From an uncultured Chloroflexia bacterium (lineage in GTDB: Bacteria; Chloroflexota; Dehalococcoidia; DSTF01; JALHUB01): a stretch of 52,118 nucleotides of DNA. The notes beneath the pieces were generated by a model. The model did not search any database, had not been told where the DNA came from, and saw only the letters and a program-made list of their open reading frames with translations. The DNA is taken from contig CAVSBT010000020.1 in NCBI GenBank assembly GCA_963726245.1, positions 1-52,118 of the forward strand, given 5' to 3'. Below are positions 21,457 through 32,803 of the stretch, one piece after another. A program made the position numbers and the translations under genes. Numbering within the stretch: position 1 is the first letter of the stretch; every line of letters starts with the position of its first letter.

Positions 21457-22731
21457 TTGGCCCAACAGAACCACCAGAAGACGACCCTCCGCAACGGCCT
21501 GCGCGTCCTCACGGCGCCCATGCCCCATACGCGCTCGGCGAGCATCAGCATCTACGTGGGGGCGGGCTCCCGCTACGAGACGCCGCCCGAGGCCGGCCTC
21601 TCCCACTTCGTCGAGCACCTCTGCTTCAAGGGCACGGAGCGCCGGCCCACCCCACGCGAGATCTCCGAGGTCATCGACGGCGTGGGCGGCATCCTCAACG
21701 CCAGCACTGACCGCGAGCTGACCGTCTACTACTGCAAGGTGGCGCTACCTCACCTGGAGCTGGCTCTGGACGTGCTGGTGGACATGCTCCGGCGCTCGCT
21801 CTTCGAGCCCGACGAGGTGGAGAAGGAGCGCAAGGTCATACTCGAAGAGCTGGCAATGGTGGCCGACTCGCCCTCGCAGCAGGTGGACGTGCTCATCGAC
21901 GAGGTGGTGTGGCCCGACCAGCCGCTGGGCTGGGACGTGGCCGGCAGCGAGAAGTCGGTGCGGGGCATCACGCGGGAGATGACGCTCGCCTACCTGCGCC
22001 GCCAGTACGTCCCCAACAACGCCGTGATCAGCGTGGCCGGCAACGTGAGCCACGAAGACGTGGTGGAGCTGGTAGACCGTCACCTCGGCGACTGGGAGCG
22101 CGGCATCCCCGGCGGCTGGTTCCCGGCCGTCAACAGCCAGACGGCGGCGCACACCGGCATCCTCTACAAGCGCAGCGAGCAGGCCCACCTCAGCATCGCC
22201 CTGCGCGGCCTCTCCAGCCAGCACCCGGACCGCTACGTGCTCGACCTGCTCAGCGTCCTCTTCGGCGAGGGGATGAGCAGCCGCCTCTTCCTCGAGCTGA
22301 GGGAGCGTCGCGGCCTCTGCTACGACGTTCACAGTTACGTGAGCCACTTCCTGGACGCCGGCGCCTTCTCCATCTATGCCGGCGTCGACCCCGTGAACGC
22401 CGTGGAGACGGTGGCGGCCCTCCTGGAGGAGCTGGCCCGCCTCCGCGACGGCATTCCCGAGGAGGAGCTGACCAAGGCCAAGGAGCTCTCCAAGGGGCGC
22501 CTGCTCCTGCGCATGGAGGACACGCGCAGCGTCTCCGGCTGGCTGGGCGGCCAGGAGATCCTCACGGGCCGCGTGCGCACCGCCGACGAGGTGGTGGAGC
22601 TCCTGGACGTTATCCAGCCCGCCGACCTGGCCCGCGTGGCGAACAACCTCCTCCAGACCGACCAGCTCAACCTGGCCGTCGTCGGCCCCTTCCGCAGCGA
22701 CAAGAAGTTCGCGGCGCTGCTGAAGCTGTAG
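21457..22731 (+). CDS. M16 (pitrilysin-like) zinc peptidase
   Basis: Inverted zinc motif HFVEH, GSRYE, NAST and GMSSRLF. Confidence 0.92.
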   Translation: MAQQNHQKTTLRNGLRVLTAPMPHTRSASISIYVGAGSRYETPPEAGLSHFVEHLCFKGTERRPTPREISEVIDGVGGILNASTDRELTVYYCKVALPHLELALDVLVDMLRRSLFEPDEVEKERKVILEELAMVADSPSQQVDVLIDEVVWPDQPLGWDVAGSEKSVRGITREMTLAYLRRQYVPNNAVISVAGNVSHEDVVELVDRHLGDWERGIPGGWFPAVNSQTAAHTGILYKRSEQAHLSIALRGLSSQHPDRYVLDLLSVLFGEGMSSRLFLELRERRGLCYDVHSYVSHFLDAGAFSIYAGVDPVNAVETVAALLEELARLRDGIPEEELTKAKELSKGRLLLRMEDTRSVSGWLGGQEILTGRVRTADEVVELLDVIQPADLARVANNLLQTDQLNLAVVGPFRSDKKFAALLKL

Positions 22732-22786
22732 AACCCTGGAACCAGGGGGCTCGCGAACTGCGGGCTACTAGGCGCGGCCTGGCGAG

Positions 22787-22879
22787 TGCCCACATCTCTT
22801 CAAGGCTGGACCACGTGCCGGAGAAGAAAGGCCGGGCCCCTACGGGCCCGGCCTGAAGTGGGTGCAGGGCGCCGCCCTG

Positions 22880-22882
<3 letters not shown>
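22787..22882 (-). repeat. ~96-bp dispersed element, copy 1 (starts at the groEL TAG; contains a terminator-like hairpin)
   Basis: Closely similar to the reverse complement of 27218-27315; hairpins GCAGGGC/GCCCTGC and AGGCCGGGCCC/GGGCCCGGCCT followed by TTCTTCT. Confidence 0.8.
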
Positions 22883-24499
<1,617 letters not shown>

Positions 24500-24538
24500 A
24501 GGGCTTGCCTTTCTCGCTCCTCACCGGGACGTCGGGCG

Positions 24539-24878
24539 CTAGAGCTGCACCTTGCAGAGGACGTCCTTCTCGGAGAGGACGATGTACTCGTCTCGTTCGA
24601 TCTTGACCTCCTGGCCGCTGTACTTGGCGTAGAGCACGCGGTCCCCTACCTTGACCTCCATGGGGATGCGCTTGCCGTTCTCGTCCAGGCGGCCGGGGCC
24701 CGCGGCCACCACCTCGCCCTGCTGGGGCTTCTCCTTGGCGGTGTCGGGGATGACGATGCCGCTGGCCAGGACCTCCTCCTGCACCACCGGCATGATGACG
24801 ATGCGGTCGCCGAGGGGTACGAGCTTGGTCTTGCTGGCCTTCTTGGTCGCGGTCTTGAGTCGCGGTCTTGGCTGGCAC
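24539..24878 (-). CDS. groS: Co-chaperonin GroES (frameshift near the N-terminus ~24858)
   Basis: [22 protein letters not shown] and [12 protein letters not shown]; GTG start at 24878 with RBS GGAGG is in another frame. Confidence 0.95.
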
Positions 24879-24921
24879 AGTGGAACCTCCCTGCCTAAAG
24901 TTGAGATGTGGCTCAGAAGCC

Positions 24922-24948
24922 TTAGCACTCTCCCGCCGAGAGTGCTAA
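24922..24948. promoter_or_regulatory. CIRCE element (HrcA operator)
   Basis: Perfect TTAGCACTC-N9-GAGTGCTAA upstream of groES, with a minus-strand TTGCGT-17-TAACAT promoter just beyond it. Confidence 0.97.
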
Positions 24949-25163
24949 CTATCGCATGTTAACGCAGCTAGGACATCGACGCAAGGGGGTTGAGGGGGCT
25001 TTAGGCTCCGTCAGGAAGAATAATGGCCCGATATCTTACTCTGGCGCTATCGTTCTAGCTGGCTTGCCCTCGATCTGGCCATGACCGGCATTCCAGCCGC
25101 CCCCGGGCCAGCGGCACCCGCAGAGACGTGGAGATGGTGAGTCGTCTTGGTGCACGGGGGCGC

Positions 25164-25499
25164 TCACTCTCGTAGTGTTGAACGGCGGCGGTGGCGAATG
25201 CGCCGGCCGGTCTTGCTGGACTCCACAGACGAGCCCGCGAGGAACCTGTCCAGTAGCTCCGCCAGCAGGATGATCGCCACGCCTCCCCAAGCAATGCTCA
25301 CGAAAGTCATCCACGCCGTGAACACCCTAACCTTGAGCGGATCGGAATAGCCGCCGTAGCCGCCGTACACTCCCACGGCGTTCCAGATGGCCAGCGCAAC
25401 GGCACTGGCGACCACGGCGACGCCAGCGAGACGGCCCAGCCGCACGATGTCCCACGGCGGACCCAGCCCAGGACCTGCACCGGCACCTCTCCGCGTCAT
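25164..25499 (-). CDS. Hypothetical two-TM membrane protein
   Basis: RBS GGAGG, two hydrophobic helices and a basic tail. Confidence 0.55.
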   Translation of the reverse strand: MTRRGAGAGPGLGPPWDIVRLGRLAGVAVVASAVALAIWNAVGVYGGYGGYSDPLKVRVFTAWMTFVSIAWGGVAIILLAELLDRFLAGSSVESSKTGRRIRHRRRSTLRE

Positions 25500-25606
25500 A
25501 ACATCGGCACCTCCCTGGAAAGCTTCGTCTACTGGCCATCATACGAGGCGCTGGTCAGGCCAGGCAAGGTGGACGAAGCGGACATCGACCCGCCGAGTTT
25601 CGCAAC

Positions 25607-25643
25607 AGCCTGCTTGACAGGCTTACACGCTTCCGTGTACGCT
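25607..25643 (+). promoter_or_regulatory. Promoter with overlapping inverted repeat upstream of the XRE gene
   Basis: TTGACA sits within AGCCTG-CTTGA-CAGGCT; a -10-like TACGCT lies just before the GTG start. Confidence 0.45.
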
Positions 25644-25649
25644 GCCCCC

Positions 25650-26096
25650 GTGGACAAGAGAGGGCGACGACGGCCCGCCTGGGACGCGGCAGGGGTGCGC
25701 GCCCTGCGCCGCCACCTGCGTCTCACCCAGCAGGGACTGGCCGACGAGCTCGGCACCCGCCAGCAGACGATCAGCGAGTGGGAGACGGGCCTCTACCGCC
25801 CGCGAGGCGCCTCCGCCCGCCTGCTCACCCTGGTGGCGGAGCGCGCCGACTTCGCCTACGAGGCCACGCCTGGGGAGGGCGAAGAAGAAGGATGCGCGCT
25901 AGCACGCTGCGCCTGCCTGACCGGCAGGCAGGCCTTCCTGCAAGACAAGCAAGCCCTCCGCCGGCCGCGCCGTTGCCGCCGCCGGTTGTCCCTCTCACCC
26001 GACCGCCGCCGGAGGAGGAGCTGGTCCGCCTCTGGCACGGCCAGCACCTGCCGCCGGACGCCCTGGCCACCCGCCGCGGCGAGCCCCTGCGGGTGA
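25650..26096 (+). CDS. XRE/Cro-type HTH regulator (true end probably near 25900)
   Basis: VRALRRHLRLTQQGLADELGTRQQTISEWETG. Confidence 0.8.
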   Translation: MDKRGRRRPAWDAAGVRALRRHLRLTQQGLADELGTRQQTISEWETGLYRPRGASARLLTLVAERADFAYEATPGEGEEEGCALARCACLTGRQAFLQDKQALRRPRRCRRRLSLSPDRRRRRSWSASGTASTCRRTPWPPAAASPCG

Positions 26097-27220
26097 TCTA
26101 CCGCGGTCGTCGCTCCTCGGGGCCGGGGCCTGACTTTCGCGACGCCGTCATCGAAGGGCCGGACCGCGAGCTCCGGCACGGCGACGTAGAGGTGCACGTC
26201 CGATCCTCGTCCTTCCGCCACCACGGCCACAGTCGCGACCCCGCCTACGACGGCGTCGTCCTGCACCTGGTCTGGGAGGACGACGAGGGCGAGGACACGC
26301 TCCTCCCCTGCGGACGGCGGGTGGCGGTGGTGGCGCTGGCGCCCTGGTTCCAGCGCCGGCGCGAGGAGCTGGCGCGCCTCCTGAGGCAGCCGGACGCCTG
26401 GCGCGAGCCCTGCTTCAGCGCCCTGGCCCGCCTCGGGCCCGAGGCCGTGGGAGACATCCTGGACCGCCTGGGTGACCTTCGCTTCCGCCAGAAGACGGAG
26501 GGCTTCCGCCGCGCCCTCTCGGGCAGCGAGGCAGCGGACCAGGTCCTCTACGCCGCCGTCCTGGAGGCCCTGGGCTACGGCGGCCACCGCGAGGCCTTCG
26601 CCCGCCTCGCCCACGAGCTGCCCTACCGGCGTCTGCGAGGCGGTCGCCGCACAGCGGCCCGCCGCCGAAGCCGCAGCCCGCCTGGAGACGATCCTCCTCG
26701 CCGCCGCCGGCCTCACCCCTCTTGCCACGCCCGCCGACTGGCGACCGCGCTGCCTGCGGCCGGCCAACCATCCTCGCCGCCGGCTCGCTGGGGCGGCCCA
26801 TCTCCTGGCGCGGGCGCCGTCGGGGCTGGCGGCCTACGCCCGCGCGCCAGCCTGGGTACCGATCCGTCGCCGGCCGCCGCTATCCGCGCCTGGACGGTAA
26901 CGGCGGCGAACAGCGCTTCGCCGGCCCTGGTCGGCCGCGGCCGGGCGATCGAGATCCTGGTCAACGCCGTACTGCCCTTCCTGGCCGCCGGCGGCGACGG
27001 CGCCGAGGGCGCCCTCCAGGAGCAGGCCCTGGGCCTCTTCCGCCGCCTGCCGGCCGCCGGTAGCTACGGAGTCACCGCCCACCTGGAGCGGGCCCTCGCC
27101 CTGCCACGCGCGGGGCGCCTGACGGGGAGCGCCCGCCGCCAGCAGGGACTCCTCTGGTTGCTGCACTGCTACTGCCGGCAGGGCGGCTGCGCTCAGGCGG
27201 GCACCTGCCCGCTCTCTTAG
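25892..27220 (+). CDS. DUF2851-like protein (frameshifts ~26640 and ~26850)
   Basis: GPDF, GDVEVH, HGHSRDPAYDGVVLHLV, RPANHPRRRLAG, NAVLP and QQGLL..YC...C...CP; family assignment from motif recall. Confidence 0.72.
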   Translation: MRASTLRLPDRQAGLPARQASPPPAAPLPPPVVPLTRPPPEEELVRLWHGQHLPPDALATRRGEPLRVIYRGRRSSGPGPDFRDAVIEGPDRELRHGDVEVHVRSSSFRHHGHSRDPAYDGVVLHLVWEDDEGEDTLLPCGRRVAVVALAPWFQRRREELARLLRQPDAWREPCFSALARLGPEAVGDILDRLGDLRFRQKTEGFRRALSGSEAADQVLYAAVLEALGYGGHREAFARLAHELPYRRLRGGRRTAARRRSRSPPGDDPPRRRRPHPSCHARRLATALPAAGQPSSPPARWGGPSPGAGAVGAGGLRPRASLGTDPSPAAAIRAWTVTAANSASPALVGRGRAIEILVNAVLPFLAAGGDGAEGALQEQALGLFRRLPAAGSYGVTAHLERALALPRAGRLTGSARRQQGLLWLLHCYCRQGGCAQAGTCPLS

Positions 27221-27315
27221 CAGGGCGCTGCCCTGCACCCACTTCAGGCCGGGCCCCTGCGGGGCGCGGCCTTTCTTCTCCGACACCTGGCTCAGCATTG
27301 AGAAGATGCGCGGCA
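27218..27315 (+). repeat. ~96-bp dispersed element, copy 2 (starts at the DUF2851 TAG)
   Basis: TAGCAGGGCGCTGCCCTGCACCCACTTCAGGCCGGGCCC...GGCCTTTCTTCTCCG..., matching copy 1. Confidence 0.8.
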
Positions 27316-27369
27316 ATGTTCCATCGCTGGCAGCGGGCCAGGCGGCATGCCGCAGCTTCGGGAACCCGG

Positions 27370-28379
27370 CTAGGCGATGGGCAGGGTGGCGAAGACGTCC
27401 AGGTCCAGGCCGGAGGGAGGGCCTCGCTGGAGGCGGAAGTAGGCGCAGCCGGCGACCATGGCCCCGTTGTCGGTGCAGAGGGCGGGAGAGGGGACGCGCA
27501 CGGGGACAGGTGAGCGCCGGGCCAGCGCCTCCCGCAGGGCGCTGTTGGCGGCCACTCCCCCCGAGAGCAGGATCTGCGACGCCCCCTCGCGGCGGGCGGC
27601 GCGCAGCGCCTTCCCCACCAGCACGTCGACCACGGCCTCCTGAAAGGCGGCAGCGACCTCCGCGACCGGCAGAGGTTGGCGCCCTGCGCCGGTCTGCTGG
27701 CGGGTGAGGCGGAGGACGGCCGTCTTCAGGCCGCTGAAGCTGAAATCGTTGGCGTCTCCCAGCCAGGCGCGAGGCAGCCGCAGCCGCGAGGCGGCCGGGC
27801 CACTCCAGCCGCCGCCCGCTCGATGGCGGGGCCGCCGGGGAAGCCCAGGCCCAGGAAGCGCCCCACCTTGTCGAAGGCCTCGCCGGCGGCGTCGTCGCGG
27901 GTGCGTCCCAGACGGCGATAGCGCCCGTGCTCCTCCATCAGCACCAGGTCGGTGTGGGCCCCGGAGACGATGAGTGCCAGCAGCGGGAAGCCCCGCGGCT
28001 CCGGACGCCCATCGTCCAGCCAGTTGGCATAGTTGTGGGCCTCGAGGTGGTGAATCCCGACGAAGGGGAGGGAACGGGCGAAGGCGAGGCCCTTGGCCAG
28101 GTTCACACCCACCAGCAGCGAGCCGGAGAGCCCCGGCCCGTAGGTGACGGCCACCGCGTCCAGGTCCGACCAGCGGCAGCGGGCCTCCTTCAGGGCAGCC
28201 TCCACCACCGGCACCAGCCCTTCCAGGTGGTGGCGCGAAGCTACCTCGGGGACGATGCCTCCGTAGCGGGCGTGAACGCGAACCTGGGAGGCGACGACGT
28301 TGGAGAGGATGCGGCGCCCGTCCTCGACCACCGCGGCGCCGGTCTCGTCGCAGGAGGTCTCAATGCCCAGGACCTTCAC
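27370..28379 (-). CDS. tsaD: tRNA N6-threonylcarbamoyltransferase TsaD (frameshifted ~27680-27780)
   Basis: [49 protein letters not shown] and CTDNGAM. Confidence 0.95.
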
Positions 28380-30727
28380 GGCGAGGGCATTTCGGCGCTG
28401 TAGAGGGAGTCGCCCACCAGCACGTAGAGGAGCCCCGCCTCCGCGTCCACAGCCGCCGCGCGGAGGTCGGTGAAGGTGCGGCTGACGAACTGCTTCTGGA
28501 ACGCGCCGCCGGTCGACAGCGATACCAGGCGCTTGTTGCCGCGGTCCGCGACCAGCAAGCCGCCCTGCCCTTCGGCGGTGAGAGAAGCAGGCGACACCAG
28601 GCTGCGGTCGATGCCGGATAGGGCGAAGGGCTTCTCGACGCCGTGGGCGAAGCGCCGGATGCCGTCATTGCTCGTAGTCAGGTACACGTCTCCTGCAACG
28701 GCCAGCGCCGATGCCCCCGACAGGTCGACCTCGCCCAGAAGCGCACTGCGCTCGCTGTCGAAGCCGGAGTCGGTAGGCGGGTAGCGCCACACCTGGTTGG
28801 AGGCGACATCCAGGACGTAGAGGTTGCCATCGAAGCTTGCGGCGCCGTCGAGGCTGCCCCATTCCTGGGCGCCACGGAGGACCAGGGGCGCCGCGTCGCC
28901 GCCGGGGATGAGAGAGAACAGGCGGCGCTGATCATCCAGTATCAGGAGCCGGCCTTGTTCCCCTTTCGCTTGCGACCAGAGGATGTACGTGGGGCGCGAC
29001 GCCTTCACCGCCCCAGCCAGCTCGCCATCCTGGAAGACGACGCGAGCCGTTGTGGCCGCCTGGCCTCCTTCCCCGTCTGACGCAGCCGCGTTCGCCTCCG
29101 CTGAAAGAGGAATCTCCACCACGCGGCCTCCCGTCTCGTCCAGGAAGAAGGCGGCGCCGCCACCGACCACGACCTGTTCCAGCGACATCTCGCCCGCCAC
29201 CTGAAGGTCCAGGTCAGCCACCAGGCGCATCTCGCCCAGATCAACCATTGCATCAAGACCCGCCAAGTCGTCCTGCACCTGGATGCTCAGGGCCCGCACC
29301 TGCCCGTCGTCGGGATTGATGGAGGCGGCCTCGTTGAGGCGGGCCTGAGCGCCCGAGAGGAGAGCGCGGCGCTGGGCAGCGTCGGTCACGCCGGGCGTCG
29401 CCTGAATGCTGGTGCGGGCATCGGCCAGCAGCGAGGCGAAACGCTGCTCCCGGTTCTCCTGCACCGAACGCGGCACGGCGAACCAGGCGACGAGAGACAC
29501 CGCCAGGACGGCCAGGGCCGCCACGACGGCGAGACGCGGCACAGGAAAGAGCCGAGGCAGGGTGCTGGTGGTTCGTGTATAGCGGTAGCGCGGCGTGGCA
29601 GCCGGGCCGCGAAGGCGAACGACCGGCCGCTCCATGCCCGGCAGCGGCGAGTCGACGCGGGGAACCAGCAGCTCGTAGCCGTTGCCGCCTTCCGGAGACA
29701 TCTCCTCCCAGACGCCGAGGGGCGCCGCTCGGCTGGCCGGGGGTGCCATCACCGCCACCGCCGGGCCGAGGTGCTGTCCGTTCGGCGGGCGATCGAACGG
29801 ACCGCCGTTCGGGCGGGCGCGGCTTTCGACCATGCCTGTCCGGCCTTCGCCGAAAGGGAGCTGCCTTCCGGCGGAGGCGCCGGGCCAGACAACCGTCAGG
29901 CGCGCCATGCGGCTCTCCATCTGGGTCCGCGCCGCTCCGGGCGGTCCCGCCGGCTCCTCGCCGGCCTCGGGGGCTTCGCCGCGCGTCTCGTCGGCTGGCA
30001 CCTCCTGCCACTGGGCCGGGCGGGCGGCGAACTGATTGGGTACCGCCACCTCCTCAGGGTAGGGCTCATCGGCCTCCACGAAGCAGGCGGCCAGGAGGGC
30101 AGAGAAGTTCAGAAGGTCTCGGGTGAGGAGGAACAGCTCGGGCAGGGCGTCGTCGGGACCCCTCGCCAGGGCGCCCGCGACCGCCGTGTCGTCGGCCACG
30201 GAGGCCAGGCGGGATGAGGCCACGAGGAGGAGGTCGCCGGGCTCCAGGTCGCAGCGGGTGACGTGGGGCCGGAACTCTTCGCCCAGGCCAAGGGGCGCCT
30301 GAGCGATTTCGTCCTGGGGCGTCATCGCCGTTAGCCTTCCGCCCCGGTAGAAGTAGGCCAGGCTGGGCCCCACCTGCGCCAGATACGCTGTCCGGCCACG
30401 AAGGAGCACGCAGGTGGCGCCGGCCGCCACCTGGTGTTCGCGCAGGCTCTTGCGGTTCCACTCACGCAGGGTTTCGTGGGCGGCGCGCAGTGACCGGAGG
30501 AGGGCGCCGGTCAGGGACAGGCTCTCCTTCTGAAAGAGGCGCCCCACGACTTCCACCAGTTGACCGCAGAACTCCTCGCTGCCGGGCAGGGCGGGCTCAG
30601 CGAGCACGTAGAAATCGCGGCTGTCGTCCTCGGGAAGCCGGCGCAGGAAGGCGCCCAGCCACGGCCCTTCCTCGCGCACCTGCCCCTCGACAATGCTGAA
30701 GCGTCCAACCCAGGTCTTGATGCTCAT
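28376..30727 (-). CDS. Membrane protein: degenerate PP2C-like domain, linker, TM helix and extracellular beta-propeller
   Basis: [15 protein letters not shown] and [12 protein letters not shown] resemble PP2C; [20 protein letters not shown]; propeller repeats NLYVLD and [10 protein letters not shown]. Confidence 0.7.
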   Translation of the reverse strand: MSIKTWVGRFSIVEGQVREEGPWLGAFLRRLPEDDSRDFYVLAEPALPGSEEFCGQLVEVVGRLFQKESLSLTGALLRSLRAAHETLREWNRKSLREHQVAAGATCVLLRGRTAYLAQVGPSLAYFYRGGRLTAMTPQDEIAQAPLGLGEEFRPHVTRCDLEPGDLLLVASSRLASVADDTAVAGALARGPDDALPELFLLTRDLLNFSALLAACFVEADEPYPEEVAVPNQFAARPAQWQEVPADETRGEAPEAGEEPAGPPGAARTQMESRMARLTVVWPGASAGRQLPFGEGRTGMVESRARPNGGPFDRPPNGQHLGPAVAVMAPPASRAAPLGVWEEMSPEGGNGYELLVPRVDSPLPGMERPVVRLRGPAATPRYRYTRTTSTLPRLFPVPRLAVVAALAVLAVSLVAWFAVPRSVQENREQRFASLLADARTSIQATPGVTDAAQRRALLSGAQARLNEAASINPDDGQVRALSIQVQDDLAGLDAMVDLGEMRLVADLDLQVAGEMSLEQVVVGGGAAFFLDETGGRVVEIPLSAEANAAASDGEGGQAATTARVVFQDGELAGAVKASRPTYILWSQAKGEQGRLLILDDQRRLFSLIPGGDAAPLVLRGAQEWGSLDGAASFDGNLYVLDVASNQVWRYPPTDSGFDSERSALLGEVDLSGASALAVAGDVYLTTSNDGIRRFAHGVEKPFALSGIDRSLVSPASLTAEGQGGLLVADRGNKRLVSLSTGGAFQKQFVSRTFTDLRAAAVDAEAGLLYVLVGDSLYSAEMPSP

Positions 30728-30953
30728 GGGAACACCTCGGCCGGACGTGCGACCGTGCGGAGGGCGCCAGAAAGCAACCACCTGCGACGGCCGGGACAAC
30801 CGTTATGTCGCTCTGTCGAGGAGGGTGTTTGAGGGAGGAGGCCTTTGCCTCCGAAAGAGGCTCGCGAAAGGCCGATAAGATGCAGACTCACAAGCTGGGC
30901 CGATTATAGCACCCCCTGGCGCAACGGCCCAAGCGGGAGGACAACGACCTGAC

Positions 30954-30983
30954 AAGAAAAAACGGCCCCGCAAGCGGCGCGCC
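30954..30983 (-). terminator. Probable intrinsic terminator after the SufR-like gene
   Basis: Imperfect GC hairpin followed by TTTTTTCTT on the minus strand. Confidence 0.5.
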
Positions 30984-30984
30984 T

Positions 30985-31611
30985 CTAAGAAACGCCGGCG
31001 CCGGCGGCCCGGACGCGATAGGTGCAAGAGCGGTCGCCGCGGAGCAGGCTGCTTACCAGCCGCGCATCGGCGCCTGTCAGCCGCCGCACAAACTCGACCT
31101 CCATGGCGCAAACGCTGCTGTTGCTGCGGGCCACGCTCGGGAAGGGACACGTGTGCTGGCTCACGTAGTAGTCGCCGTCGCGCAGGCTGAAGTCGGCCAG
31201 GCAGCCGCGCTCCTGCATGATGCGGGCCGTCTCGGCCGCCCGCTGGGCCAGCGGCCTGCCCTCCACCCGCTCCATGTACGGCTGGGCGAAGCGAGCGGCA
31301 ACGCGTCGCAACACCTTTTGGAGCGCGTCGGGGCCGGCGAGCGTGCGGAGCTCGCTGAGGAGGACGCTGGCCAGCGCATCGTACAGCTTGGGGTAGAGGG
31401 CATCGCCCCGCTCCGTCAGGCCGTAGACCAGGGCCGGCCGGCCTACGTGCCCCCGCTCCTCATGCGCCTCCACCAGGCCGTCCCGCTCCAGCACCGTCAG
31501 GTGCTGGCGGATGCCGGTGGACGTCAGACCCAGGAGCTGGCCCAGCTCCTTCACGGTCGCCCGACCGTTGAGCCGCAGGTAGTCGAGTACTTGCTGACGC
31601 GTAACCTGCAC
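30985..31611 (-). CDS. ArsR/SufR-like winged-HTH transcriptional regulator
   Basis: TRQQVL, GIRQHL..LE, GRPALVY, and the C-terminal CPF...VC..E...C pattern. Confidence 0.85.
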   Translation of the reverse strand: MQVTRQQVLDYLRLNGRATVKELGQLLGLTSTGIRQHLTVLERDGLVEAHEERGHVGRPALVYGLTERGDALYPKLYDALASVLLSELRTLAGPDALQKVLRRVAARFAQPYMERVEGRPLAQRAAETARIMQERGCLADFSLRDGDYYVSQHTCPFPSVARSNSSVCAMEVEFVRRLTGADARLVSSLLRGDRSCTYRVRAAGAGVS

Positions 31612-31700
31612 TGGGAGACACCAGTTTACAATAAAAGGGCTGTATCTTCTGCGTAATGCTAGCAGATCGAGGCGACGAGCGACAACATTGGGTCAGAGTC

Positions 31701-31772
31701 TGTCACCCTGAAGCGAAGCGAAGGGTCTGCGCTGAATCAGATTCTTCGTACGCCCTGCGGCTCAGAATGACA
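31701..31772. repeat. TGTCA...TGACA-type REP pair (non-GTAG family)
   Basis: TGTCACCCTGAAGCGAAGCGAAGGGTCT ... AGATTCTTCG...GCTCAGAATGACA form inverted arms. Confidence 0.7.
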
Positions 31773-31853
31773 GGGCCAGCGCCGGAGCGTTTCTCACCAA
31801 GCTCTGACGCCCCCGCCCTTGAGGGCCCCGGAGGCCTGGGCCATAATCGTCGG

Positions 31854-32555
31854 GTGACCGAACCGCACACCGACACTGAGACTGAGGACGCCGCGCACAT
31901 GGCCCGATTGCGGTCTGGCGATTTCTTTTGGCCAGCCTGGCTGGGCGGCCTGGCGCTCCTGAGCCTGCTGGCGGTCCTCGCCTCGCTCTACAGTTACTTT
32001 CCCGCCGACCTTCGCATCGCCCACTGGATCCAGGGCGATGGAGGCATCCCCCTCTGGGGCGGCGCCGCCAGCTTCCTGCGCGACTGGGGCAACCTGCCCT
32101 CGACCCTGGTCTGGCTGCTGGCGACGGCAGGCTTCCTCGTGGCCCGGCGCTACCCCGAGGGGCTCCTGGTCTTCTCCTCTTTCCTGCCCAGGCTGCTACA
32201 GGGCCTGCTGAAGGAGGCCGTAGGGAGGCCACGCCCGACCCCGGACCTGGTGCGGGTCGACGAGCACCTGGCGAGCTTCAGCTTTCCCAGCGGCCATGTG
32301 GTCACCGCTCTCACCCTGTTTGGGCTTCTCCTTGTGCTCCTTCCGGTATTGATCCGCAGCCCGCTGCCACGGCTCGCGCTCCAGGGCTTCTGCCTGTTCG
32401 TCGTGCTGGGGATGGGGCCGGCCCGCGTCTACACGGGCGCCCACTGGCCCAGCGACGTGCTCGGCAGCTATGTCTTGAGCGCCCTCTACCTGGCCCTGGT
32501 CCTGCGCTACTACCGGCGGTGGCGCCGCACTAGCGAGACGGCCAACCCCTCGTAG
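31854..32555 (+). CDS. PAP2 family membrane phosphatase
   Basis: KEAVGRPRP, SFPSGH and RVYTGAHWPSDV; TTGAGG-17-CATAAT directly before the GTG start. Confidence 0.9.
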   Translation: MTEPHTDTETEDAAHMARLRSGDFFWPAWLGGLALLSLLAVLASLYSYFPADLRIAHWIQGDGGIPLWGGAASFLRDWGNLPSTLVWLLATAGFLVARRYPEGLLVFSSFLPRLLQGLLKEAVGRPRPTPDLVRVDEHLASFSFPSGHVVTALTLFGLLLVLLPVLIRSPLPRLALQGFCLFVVLGMGPARVYTGAHWPSDVLGSYVLSALYLALVLRYYRRWRRTSETANPS

Positions 32556-32570
32556 CGCGCATTTTTCAGT

Positions 32571-32803
32571 TTGTATTGCACACAGGACGCGGCCTATGAT
32601 ATTATCCCGCCTGTGCTCCGAGCCCCCCGGCTGGTGGGGGTGGGGGCCGCTTCGAAGTTTCGTACATTAGTCAACCATCACCATACGGCCTGCTGGTGAC
32701 TCCGCCCGTCTTGGGGTCGCTGGGGGCCTTTTCCCACGCCTGGGGGTAACCGCCCTCCAGTAGACAGGCCCGCGCCGGCCTGATTAGGGGAAGAAAGGGG
32801 GGA
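32571..32803 (+). promoter_or_regulatory. Promoter and ~200-nt structured leader of the polyamine operon
   Basis: TTGCAC...TGATATTAT promoter; multi-stem fold at 32687-32770. Confidence 0.45.

Noticed and set aside
30839-30873. Nested hairpin GGCCTTT-GCCTC-CGAAA-GAGGC-...-AAAGGCC as an ncRNA
   Set aside because: Short, single-copy and without a recognisable family consensus; insufficient support.
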